Below, piece by piece: positions 8,985 through 16,672 of a stretch of 17,698 nucleotides of DNA (positions within the stretch are counted from its first letter, which is position 1; each line of letters begins with the position of its first letter). Both the position numbers and the translations under genes were made by a program. The stretch lies in NCBI GenBank assembly GCA_029932605.1, contig JAOZPT010000024.1, forward strand, positions 17,076 to 34,773. The letters run 5' to 3'. The stretch comes from Candidatus Zixiibacteriota bacterium (lineage in GTDB: Bacteria > Zixibacteria > MSB-5A5 > UBA10806 > 4484-95). The notes under the pieces are model-generated. The model was given only the letters and a program-made list of their open reading frames with translations. It searched no databases and was not told the origin of the DNA.

Positions 8985-9575
8985 ATGGATCCTGAGAGAA
9001 AAGACGAAGACCTGCAGTTAATTGAGCAGGTTTTAGCTGGTGATATAAAAGTATTTGAAAAGTTAGTCGAGAGGTATCAGAAGAAGATTTACTTTTTAGT
9101 ATTAAGGATGACTAAAAATCATGATATAGCAGATGAGCTTGCCCAGGAAAGCTTTGTCAAAGCTTATATGTCCTTGTCCAGTTTTCAAAAAGGGAAAAGC
9201 TTCTATACCTGGCTTCACCGGATAACAGTCAATCTGGTGCTTAATTACCTTAAACATGAAGGCTTTACAGTATCATTGGATAGCCCTGATGGCAAAATTT
9301 ACCTTGAAAATATTCCTTCAAGCCCCGATCAACTGAAAGATCTGATCGACCAGGACCAGATGGAAGTTTTTCATCGTGCTCTGGACGAGCTTCCTGCTGT
9401 TCAGAAAGTCGTATTCATATTGAAGACATATGATGATTTTTCATACGAGAAAATAGCTGAGGTTATGGATTGCTCAGTTGGTACTGTGATGTCTCGGTTG
9501 TTTCGGGCAAGGAGTAAGCTTAGGAAAGCTTTAAAGGATCATGAAAAGGAAAAATATGATAAGTTGCAAAAATAG
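8985..9575 (+). CDS. ECF sigma factor (RpoE/SigW-like)
   Basis: Region 2: FEKLVERYQKKIY...ADELAQESFVKAY...SFYTWLHRITVN. Region 4: SYEKIAEVMDCSVGTVMSRLFRAR. 196 aa. Confidence 0.95.
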   Translation: MDPERKDEDLQLIEQVLAGDIKVFEKLVERYQKKIYFLVLRMTKNHDIADELAQESFVKAYMSLSSFQKGKSFYTWLHRITVNLVLNYLKHEGFTVSLDSPDGKIYLENIPSSPDQLKDLIDQDQMEVFHRALDELPAVQKVVFILKTYDDFSYEKIAEVMDCSVGTVMSRLFRARSKLRKALKDHEKEKYDKLQK

Positions 9576-10512
9576 AAGGTTGATAGGTCCTTACCTTGAC
9601 GGACAGCTTGGGGAATGCCGTTGGCTGGATGAACATATTTGTGAATGTTCGGAATGTTTGGCGGAGTATGAATCGATCCAGCGGTTTAAGTATCTGGTAA
9701 GGCAGCTTGATTTTTCACCACCTGAGAGTTTTTACTGGAAAAATTTCCCCTCCCGAGTATCGGCACGGATTGCAACTCGGCAAAGCCAGAGATTTCTTGC
9801 TCGCTCAAGATTGATGGGGTTGGGAAAGAAATTTGTTCTTCGCATTTTAACTCCTCTGATGATTGCGGTAGTCGCTGTTTTTGTTTTAAGAATGATTTAT
9901 CATGAAAATAGGTATCCTGAGAAACCTCTCTCGATACATGTCGGTGACAAGGTTATTTCTCCCGATGATTATCCTGATGTTTCTGTTGGCTCTGCTGATG
10001 AGCTGATATCTTCAGGTGATATCCCTGATGATGCCTTGCAACAATCGGAGTCCTTACCTGTTATCGATATGTTGCCCATCAAGCCCAACGATGAATCATC
10101 ACGGGCTATTGTAATTGCTGACAAGTTTTCTGTAGATTTCGAGTATGGCTTAGACAGCATTGCGCTTAAAATTTTGAATGATGATTATCGACAGATTGGT
10201 TTAAAGCGGGATAACCTTGTTGGGATGGATTTTAATTTAATTGACAATTACGGTTTAAACCGGTTAACGAGTTTCAGCTCTGACTGTTTGATCAGATACC
10301 AGATACTTGCAGGTTTCAATTCAAGTGTGATACCGATATCCTCGTATAAAAAGGAGGCGAGTAAATTCTTTGCTCCAAAAACATCGCTTTATTCAAATGT
10401 ATACAACCAGAAAGTGTCTTCATCCTGGGGGCTTGCCAGTGGTGGCGAAAAATATGATTTGGAGAAATTGCGTCGTTTGATGCTTGAGCTTGACCTCTCA
10501 AGAGAGAAATAA
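9556..10512 (+). CDS. Zinc-binding (ZAS) transmembrane anti-sigma factor
   Basis: Overlaps the end of the sigma gene. N-terminal C...YLDGQL...HICECSEC (HxxxCxxC), one TM segment (ILTPLMIAVVAVFVL), and about 200 aa of unrecognised extracytoplasmic region. Start ATG 9556 (after AAGGA) or 9541. Confidence 0.85.
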   Translation: MISCKNRRLIGPYLDGQLGECRWLDEHICECSECLAEYESIQRFKYLVRQLDFSPPESFYWKNFPSRVSARIATRQSQRFLARSRLMGLGKKFVLRILTPLMIAVVAVFVLRMIYHENRYPEKPLSIHVGDKVISPDDYPDVSVGSADELISSGDIPDDALQQSESLPVIDMLPIKPNDESSRAIVIADKFSVDFEYGLDSIALKILNDDYRQIGLKRDNLVGMDFNLIDNYGLNRLTSFSSDCLIRYQILAGFNSSVIPISSYKKEASKFFAPKTSLYSNVYNQKVSSSWGLASGGEKYDLEKLRRLMLELDLSREK

Positions 10513-10570
10513 CTTTAAGTTAAAATTACATATATCATAAATATAGCGCTCAAAATAATTTTTTTATCGT

Positions 10571-10599
10571 TTGCATTATTATTTAGAAATGTTTATATT
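10571..10599 (+). promoter_or_regulatory. Sigma70-type promoter candidate for the PGA operon
   Basis: TTGCAT (10571-10576), 17-nt spacer, TATATT (10594-10599), upstream of capB. Confidence 0.5.
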
Positions 10600-10641
10600 A
10601 ACAGGTAAGGGAGAGAGGAGCCTTTTTATAAGAGAGATCTT

Positions 10642-11814
10642 ATGTGGCTCGTTTTTTTGTTAGTTTTGGTTTTAGTAATATACGGTATATTTGAATATCA
10701 ACGGCATCGTTATTATATCAAGAGAATTCCGGTTCGCATCCATGTAAATGGCACTCGTGGTAAATCCTCGGTGACCCGTTTGATTGGCGGTGGATTGAAG
10801 GGTGGTGGGAAGAAGGTTTTTATAAAGACAACCGGAACCGGTCCACGCACTATTGATGTCAAAAATGTCGAGGAGCCGATTTACCGTGTGGGTCGTGCTA
10901 ATGTCATCGAACAGCTGAGAATCACTCGCCAGGCCTTTTTTGATAAGGCTGATTTTTTTGTGGTCGAATGTATGGCGCTTCAACCGGACCTCCAAATACT
11001 AACCGAACACCAGATGATACGTTCACAGGTAGGGGTAATTACCAACATCAGGGAGGACCATCTTGATGTTATGGGGCCAACTCTTGAAGATGTAGCTGAA
11101 TCGTTATGCAATTCGATTCCCCGAAATGGCCTACTATTTACGACCGAAAAGAGATTTCTGGATGTAATCAAGAGACGAGCATCACAAATAGGAACAAAGG
11201 TCAAGTATGTTGATTCCGGAAATATCACGGTTGAGGATATGAATGGTTTTTCATATCTTGAACATATTAGTAATGTAGCATTGTCTTTAGCGGTATGTAG
11301 TCATTTCGGTGTGGATAAAAAATCAGCCCTTGAGGGGATGTATGCCATTAATCCTGACCCTGGTGTTTTACGCATGTACTCGGTGGACATCGATGGTAAA
11401 TCTATTGAATTCGTGAATGCTTTTGCGGCAAATGACCCGGAAAGCTACAAAGCTATCTGGGAGATGCTGGATATTCACAGGAATTCTCAGAAGAAGTTGA
11501 TAGTTTTGGTAAATTCAAGGCGTGACCGTATCCAGAGGGCTGAACAACTTGGCGAGTTTATCGCAAAAGAACTTGAAGCGGATTTTTTCGTAATCAGTGG
11601 TGAATATACTCATCCGCTGGTTCACAAAGCTATTAAATGTGGTTTGCCGTCGGAAATGATCAAGGACCTAGGTGGACATACGGTAAGCGAGATTTTTGAT
11701 TTTATTGCTAAACTTACTGTAGAAAAATCAATGGTTGTCGGGATAGGGAATATAGTAGGGCTTGGTGAAAAGATAGTAAGACATTTTGAGAGCAAAGGGA
11801 GGATGGTTGCCTGA
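10642..11814 (+). CDS. capB: Poly-gamma-glutamate synthase subunit CapB/PgsB (Mur/FolC-type amide ligase)
   Basis: N-terminal TM. Motifs RIHVNGTRGKSSVTRLI (P-loop), KTTGT, ANVIEQ, VECMALQP, ITNIREDHLDVMGPT, NAFAANDPES and GIGNIVG. Confidence 0.95.
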   Translation: MWLVFLLVLVLVIYGIFEYQRHRYYIKRIPVRIHVNGTRGKSSVTRLIGGGLKGGGKKVFIKTTGTGPRTIDVKNVEEPIYRVGRANVIEQLRITRQAFFDKADFFVVECMALQPDLQILTEHQMIRSQVGVITNIREDHLDVMGPTLEDVAESLCNSIPRNGLLFTTEKRFLDVIKRRASQIGTKVKYVDSGNITVEDMNGFSYLEHISNVALSLAVCSHFGVDKKSALEGMYAINPDPGVLRMYSVDIDGKSIEFVNAFAANDPESYKAIWEMLDIHRNSQKKLIVLVNSRRDRIQRAEQLGEFIAKELEADFFVISGEYTHPLVHKAIKCGLPSEMIKDLGGHTVSEIFDFIAKLTVEKSMVVGIGNIVGLGEKIVRHFESKGRMVA

Positions 11815-12271
11815 ATCGATATTAGTAATGCAGGCTATCGGTCTTGGTCTGGTGGTAAGTCTCGTTTTCTCAGAGACTCTGGGTTTGGCAGCTGGTGGTA
11901 TGGTTGTCCCTGGTTATATTGCGTTGATGATTCATCAACCTTTAAGGATAATAGGGACTATCATCGTGGCGCTTCTAACCTTTTTTATTGTCAAAGTGTT
12001 ATCGAATTATATATTCATTTACGGCAGGCGCCGCACGGTGTTGATCATTCTAGTTGGCTTTTTAATTGGTGCGGCTTCACGCGAGTTTTTTGTAATCACC
12101 CCATCGGGTCTGACTATTGAGTTTCAGGCGATAGGATATATCATTCCAGGTCTTATCGCCAACTGGATGGAACGACAGGGAGTGGTACAAACCATCACCA
12201 TGATGTTGGTCGCCGGTGTTCTTGTCAGGATGCTTCTTATGATATTTACCGGCGGGGAAGTGATTCTATGA
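11807..12271 (+). CDS. capC: Poly-gamma-glutamate biosynthesis membrane protein CapC/PgsC
   Basis: Hydrophobic, about 150 aa. Motifs GLVVSLVFSETLGLAAGGMVVPGYIAL, IYGRRR and IGYIIPGLIANWMERQG. Overlaps the capB stop. Start uncertain: TTG 11807 or ATG 11828. Confidence 0.93.
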   Translation: MPESILVMQAIGLGLVVSLVFSETLGLAAGGMVVPGYIALMIHQPLRIIGTIIVALLTFFIVKVLSNYIFIYGRRRTVLIILVGFLIGAASREFFVITPSGLTIEFQAIGYIIPGLIANWMERQGVVQTITMMLVAGVLVRMLLMIFTGGEVIL

Positions 12272-13404
12272 GGCAGAGAGTAACCAAACCGTCATACTAT
12301 TTGCTTTCTTTTTTAGCCTTGTTATCGTTATTTTTGTTTTACTTGGCGGAGAAATCTCAAACCCCACGTAAGCGAGCATATTACGACCAGAAGGTCGAGG
12401 CTGCTCGGATAGCCAAGAGGGCTCAGGAGGTAATTAAAAATGAGGTCGTCAGTCGTGGTTACGTTATCGATGTTCAAAACGATCCCAACCTGACAGGGCT
12501 TATCGGCCCTCAGTATTCGCTTATTACCACCGACCGTGGTTATATTCGTGACAAGTTGATATCTACCAATCCTAATTGTGCAGCGGTATTGGTGGACCTT
12601 TTCCACAGGGCTAAGTTGAAACCGGGGGATCTGGTGGCAGTGACATTTACCGGTTCTTTCCCGGCTATGAATATCGCGGTATTGTCTGCCTGCAAGGTAA
12701 TGGGTTTAGAGCCGGTTATTATATCATCAGTTGGAGCGGCTACCTGGGGTGCCACCTGGGATGAATTTAACTGGCTGGACATGGAAAGTGCTCTTGTGAA
12801 TAATGGCATCTGGTCTTATAAATCAGTTGCGGCTTCATTGGGTGGTGGAAATGACCACGGGCGAGGGCTATCTCCAAAAGGACGGAAACTTCTTAAAGAG
12901 TCTATAAAGAGAAACAATGTAGAACTTATTTCATCTATTAGTGAGGAATACCCCGCCGGTTCGCTTGAGGCCAATATAGAAAAAAGGATTGAGATTTTCG
13001 ATCGTGAAAAGGGTGAAAAAGAATATAAGATGGTTGTAAACGTTGGTGGTGGATTGGCAGCAGTTGGCTCATCACAAAACGGGAGATTGATTCCACCCGG
13101 TTACAACAGGTCATTATATGATCGAGAATTTCCGGCACGGGGCGTTATAAACATCCTTGCCGAAAGACGGATACCGGTTATCCATTTATTGCAACTCAGC
13201 CGTTTTGCCGAGAAATACAACCTGCCTGTTGAGGTTTCGCCAGAACCTGAAATTGGAGAAGGGCCTGTATATTTCAAGGAACAATTCTCGATTGTCTCAA
13301 CTTTAATATACACTATAATACTGATGATTGCATTGATTGGAGCGATCCGGATAGACCTGAGGTACTATATATACAAAAATAAACATCTGTTTGTACGAAA
13401 ATAA
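12268..13404 (+). CDS. pgsW: Poly-gamma-glutamate system protein PgsW
   Basis: ATGA overlap with capC, and N- and C-terminal TM segments. Motifs DPNLTGLIG...ITTDRG...STNP, TGSFPAMNIAV, SSVGAATWGA, NWLDME, SLGGGND and NVGGG match, from recall, the family found after capBC outside Bacillus. Confidence 0.88.
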   Translation: MRQRVTKPSYYLLSFLALLSLFLFYLAEKSQTPRKRAYYDQKVEAARIAKRAQEVIKNEVVSRGYVIDVQNDPNLTGLIGPQYSLITTDRGYIRDKLISTNPNCAAVLVDLFHRAKLKPGDLVAVTFTGSFPAMNIAVLSACKVMGLEPVIISSVGAATWGATWDEFNWLDMESALVNNGIWSYKSVAASLGGGNDHGRGLSPKGRKLLKESIKRNNVELISSISEEYPAGSLEANIEKRIEIFDREKGEKEYKMVVNVGGGLAAVGSSQNGRLIPPGYNRSLYDREFPARGVINILAERRIPVIHLLQLSRFAEKYNLPVEVSPEPEIGEGPVYFKEQFSIVSTLIYTIILMIALIGAIRIDLRYYIYKNKHLFVRK

Positions 13405-13418
13405 TCAGCGAGGGATAT

Positions 13419-14309
13419 ATGAATTGCAAGCGGGTAATATATATTATATTTTTCATTTTTCTTATGGCATCAGCTGTTGGGGCGTCATCCTCTAGAAAAA
13501 CATTTACGCCTTTTGGCAGGCCTAAAACGATCAAGTTCGATTCCGGTAATGGTAAGACCTATACCTATTATTGTTTGGTCAAGGGGAAGTCAATGGGTTT
13601 TGCGGTGGAGGGTCCCGTTAAGGTTGATGTTAGAAGTCGTGCTGGTCTTCCCGGCCAGAATGTCATTGCCGAATACCAGATTCAGGTCTGGGAGGGTGAA
13701 TATCTTGTCAAGGCCGATAAGTTCAGAACTAAATACGTAGAAGCAAAATTCATAGATAGTGATCTGGTGCCAGCCGCATATAGGAATACTCAATTTGATG
13801 TTCCTCTTGGTATCCACAATTACCGGCTATGGCTGGTATCGGATAATATTGATACGGTTCTTATAAGGTTATACAAATCTATTCCTACCGAGGGTGAACC
13901 GGTTAAAGTGATTATGCGACCACTTGAATATAACAGGAAAGTCCATCTTTATTCTAAAAAGAACCAGACACCATATTATTTAATTGATAGACAGAGTGGC
14001 CTTAAGTTGAAGGTGACTGGACCAATTGAACTAATAATCCGGGCTCGGGCTAATTTTACAGAGGATATGGATGGTCGTATTGGCTATACGATTTCGGTAT
14101 ACGAGGGGCAAAAAGAAATTGAGACCCTTTCGGCCACCACTTCGAAGTCACTGACAATGGCTTATCAGGACTATACCGGCGTTGTGCCTTCAAGGCCTAC
14201 GCAATTTATCATCAAGGTGCCGGAGGGGACACATATCTATAATTTCCTTTTGAAAAAGTCAGCGGCTGAAACGGTGAGTATCCGTTTCTCGTTACCCAAA
14301 CAAGATTAA
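13419..14309 (+). CDS. Uncharacterised secreted/periplasmic basic protein with two tandem homologous beta-rich domains
   Basis: SD GAGGG, 14 nt after pgsW. Sec-type signal peptide (MNCKRVIYIIFFIFLMASAVGA). Internal duplication visible in the translation. Confidence 0.82.
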   Translation: MNCKRVIYIIFFIFLMASAVGASSSRKTFTPFGRPKTIKFDSGNGKTYTYYCLVKGKSMGFAVEGPVKVDVRSRAGLPGQNVIAEYQIQVWEGEYLVKADKFRTKYVEAKFIDSDLVPAAYRNTQFDVPLGIHNYRLWLVSDNIDTVLIRLYKSIPTEGEPVKVIMRPLEYNRKVHLYSKKNQTPYYLIDRQSGLKLKVTGPIELIIRARANFTEDMDGRIGYTISVYEGQKEIETLSATTSKSLTMAYQDYTGVVPSRPTQFIIKVPEGTHIYNFLLKKSAAETVSIRFSLPKQD

Positions 14310-14317
14310 TCATTAAA

Positions 14318-15397
14318 ATGACAATTATCAGTAAAAGCGATTCGGGTATAATTTCTGAATTTTTTTTGATGCTGGTACTTGCGCTTGTCATTGTCTTGAC
14401 AATGCCGGCGGTTGGTGAACCGGTGTATATTGGCAAAATCAGGAGCTGGGATTTTAGTTTTAACCTTACAACAACATACGATGATAATATCTTAAGATAT
14501 TCCGATTCTGACCTTGATTTGATGGATGACCCAACTGCCCCGCAGAATAAGTATGGAATAGAGTCAAAGGATGATTTTATAATTATCCCTGAGATAGATA
14601 TTGTATATAAAACAAGATTCACCGGCCATAGTCTTCATCTGGGGTTCAAGACGACTTATTATTATTATGTGGAAAACGACATTAAAAGACATTTTCGCTA
14701 CCAGGGGCGGTTGCGCCAATATTTCCAGAGAGGGTTTTATTTACAGGCGTCGTTGGTGTATTTCCCCGATTACTATTACCGCAACAGTTATGTATCATCA
14801 CAGGGCTACCATGAAGCCAAATTTGATAAGATCTATGGTAAATTTAAATTGGCGGTCCCTATATTTGATTCATTCAAAAGCAACCTCTACTATACATATT
14901 CAATAAAGGACTTCAATCAGTTGTTCGATGAAAGGGATTTAACCTCTCATGAACTTGAGATAGAGGCTATTTTTCGACCGGTTGATTACTGGAAGAGTTG
15001 GGCCAATTACAAATTCTGCACCGCTAACAGCGCAGGTGCCGATAATCCCGATTATCCTCGTGACACATCATATGATTCTTTTTTGTTTACCCTTGGTATG
15101 AGGTTTTATTTAAAAAGCTTTTCAGATAAAAGGATGGAGCTTGCGGGCAGAGTTTCTTATAAAGTTGTATGGTTTCAGACCAGCAAGGTCACCACTGAGG
15201 ATAGTTATCGCCTTGGTCGAAAGGATGACCGCTGGACGATGAATATTTCAGTTAAACAGAAAGTTGTAGACAACTTTTCTGTTGGACTTAATTTGAAAAA
15301 GGTTAAAAACCTGGTTGATTTACCGGCCAGTTACTTGGAAAAATATCTGGAATATTCATCAAATTCCGTTTATTTTATCTTGTATTACAAGTTATAA
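14318..15397 (+). CDS. Predicted outer-membrane beta-barrel protein
   Basis: Begins 8 nt after the previous gene and has a hydrophobic signal segment. First strand ends TTYDDNI. Many amphipathic Tyr/Phe-rich strands and a C-terminal beta-signal-like SVYFILYYKL. Start could also be ATG 14369. Confidence 0.72.
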   Translation: MTIISKSDSGIISEFFLMLVLALVIVLTMPAVGEPVYIGKIRSWDFSFNLTTTYDDNILRYSDSDLDLMDDPTAPQNKYGIESKDDFIIIPEIDIVYKTRFTGHSLHLGFKTTYYYYVENDIKRHFRYQGRLRQYFQRGFYLQASLVYFPDYYYRNSYVSSQGYHEAKFDKIYGKFKLAVPIFDSFKSNLYYTYSIKDFNQLFDERDLTSHELEIEAIFRPVDYWKSWANYKFCTANSAGADNPDYPRDTSYDSFLFTLGMRFYLKSFSDKRMELAGRVSYKVVWFQTSKVTTEDSYRLGRKDDRWTMNISVKQKVVDNFSVGLNLKKVKNLVDLPASYLEKYLEYSSNSVYFILYYKL

Positions 15398-15430
15398 TTG
15401 CAATATAATTTTTAGTGAGAGGAAAATGTT

Positions 15431-16144
15431 TTGAGTTTTATCGTTTTTTGTTGTTTATTTTTTGTATCAGTTATGCCAAGTTTTTCAGACAAACCTCCAG
15501 TTCCGGATTCGGCCGATACCTTTTCTGGTAAACGGCTAAGAATGGTTTCCACCCAGATTGAAAGTCGTGGAGTTAAGGATGAAAATGTTTTAAAGGCGAT
15601 GAGGACGGTTCCACGACATCTGTTTGTTCCTGAAAATATCCGGGCCTACTCCTACGAGGATGAACCTTTACCTATCGGTTTCGGTCAAACAATCAGTCAA
15701 CCATATATCGTAGCCTTAATGACAGAACTTCTGGAGCTGAAACCCAACTCTAAAGTGCTGGAAATAGGAACTGGTTCTGGATATCAGGCGGCTGTTCTGG
15801 CCGAGCTGTGCGATTCGGTTAGCTCGATCGAAATTATCTGCGAGTTGGCGGAACGAGCTGATTCCACACTCAAGGCGTTAGGGTACAATGTTGATGTTCG
15901 CTGTGGTGATGGCTACAGGGGATGGCCAGAAAAAGCGCCGTTTGATGCCATTGTTGTTACGGCTGCTCCCGACGAGGTTCCAGAACCGCTGATTGAACAG
16001 CTGGCCGAGGGAGGCAGGATGGTGATACCGGTGGGAACATACCATCAAGAGTTGAAATTAATAAGAAAGATCGAAGGTAAGGTTAAAGAGATGAATATCA
16101 TACCGGTTCGCTTTGTACCGATGACCGGTGAGTCAGACAATTGA
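15431..16144 (+). CDS. pcm: Protein-L-isoaspartate O-methyltransferase with hydrophobic N-terminal extension
   Basis: Motifs VPRHLFVP, PLPIGFGQTISQPYIV, VLEIGTGSGYQAAVL, GDGYRGWPEKAPFDAIVVTAA, GGRMVIPVG and VRFVPM. SD GAGAGG lies 8 nt before TTG 15431, and an in-frame stop at 15416 bounds the start. Confidence 0.95.
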   Translation: MSFIVFCCLFFVSVMPSFSDKPPVPDSADTFSGKRLRMVSTQIESRGVKDENVLKAMRTVPRHLFVPENIRAYSYEDEPLPIGFGQTISQPYIVALMTELLELKPNSKVLEIGTGSGYQAAVLAELCDSVSSIEIICELAERADSTLKALGYNVDVRCGDGYRGWPEKAPFDAIVVTAAPDEVPEPLIEQLAEGGRMVIPVGTYHQELKLIRKIEGKVKEMNIIPVRFVPMTGESDN

Positions 16145-16170
16145 TTTATAACTTAAAGGTGTAATTAAAT

Positions 16171-16197
16171 CGTAACATAAATTGTAAATGTCCGTAA
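16171..16197 (+). promoter_or_regulatory. ECF (SigW-like) promoter candidate upstream of pspC
   Basis: CGTAAC (16171-16176), 16-nt spacer, CGTAA (16193-16197). Compare B. subtilis SigW TGAAAC-N16-CGTA. Confidence 0.62.
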
Positions 16198-16240
16198 TTG
16201 AGATGTAATAGAAATATTCTTTGAAAAATGGAGGTGGCTT

Positions 16241-16672
16241 ATGCCTCGGAAAAAACTGTATCGTTCCCGTGAGAATTCTATGCTGGGTGGTGTCTGTGCC
16301 GGTTTAGCGGATTATTTTGATGTTGACGCTTCGCTTATAAGATTGGCCACTGTTGTTTTATTTTTCGCTGCCGGAACAGGCATACTTGCTTATATCATCG
16401 CCTGGATTATTATACCCCAAGAACCCCTTGATAAAAATGCAGCGACTACTGACGTTAGTGGCGGAAACCAAATGGAAATAACGGAGGGTTCGGACAAGTC
16501 AAAATTTGTAATCGGTATCGTTTTGATAGTACTTGGCTTTTTATTTTTAATGAGCACTTTAAATGTCTGGACCTGGTTCTCGTTTTTCAGGTTATGGCCC
16601 ATATTACTGATAGTGGTTGGTATAGTAGTAATTTTAAGAGGCTTGGAAAGAGGGGATGCCAGTGAAGATTAG
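16241..16672 (+). CDS. pspC: PspC-domain membrane protein with C-terminal LiaI/LiaF-like TM hairpin
   Basis: SD GGAGG. KKLYRSRENSMLGGVCAGLADYFDVDASLIRL...AYIIAWIIIP is the PspC domain. It is followed by GIVLIVLG...LWPILLIVVG (DUF5668-like). Confidence 0.9.
   Translation: MPRKKLYRSRENSMLGGVCAGLADYFDVDASLIRLATVVLFFAAGTGILAYIIAWIIIPQEPLDKNAATTDVSGGNQMEITEGSDKSKFVIGIVLIVLGFLFLMSTLNVWTWFSFFRLWPILLIVVGIVVILRGLERGDASED

Noticed and set aside
10642..11814. CapB as a Mur ligase, FolC or cyanophycin synthetase
   Set aside because: CapB-specific motifs, the N-terminal TM and the adjacent capC and pgsW identify it as a PGA synthase.
15426..15434. ATG at 15426 as a frameshifted pcm start
   Set aside because: It reads ATG TTT TGA and sits too close to the SD. 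The in-frame TTG at 15431 has normal spacing, so no frameshift is needed.
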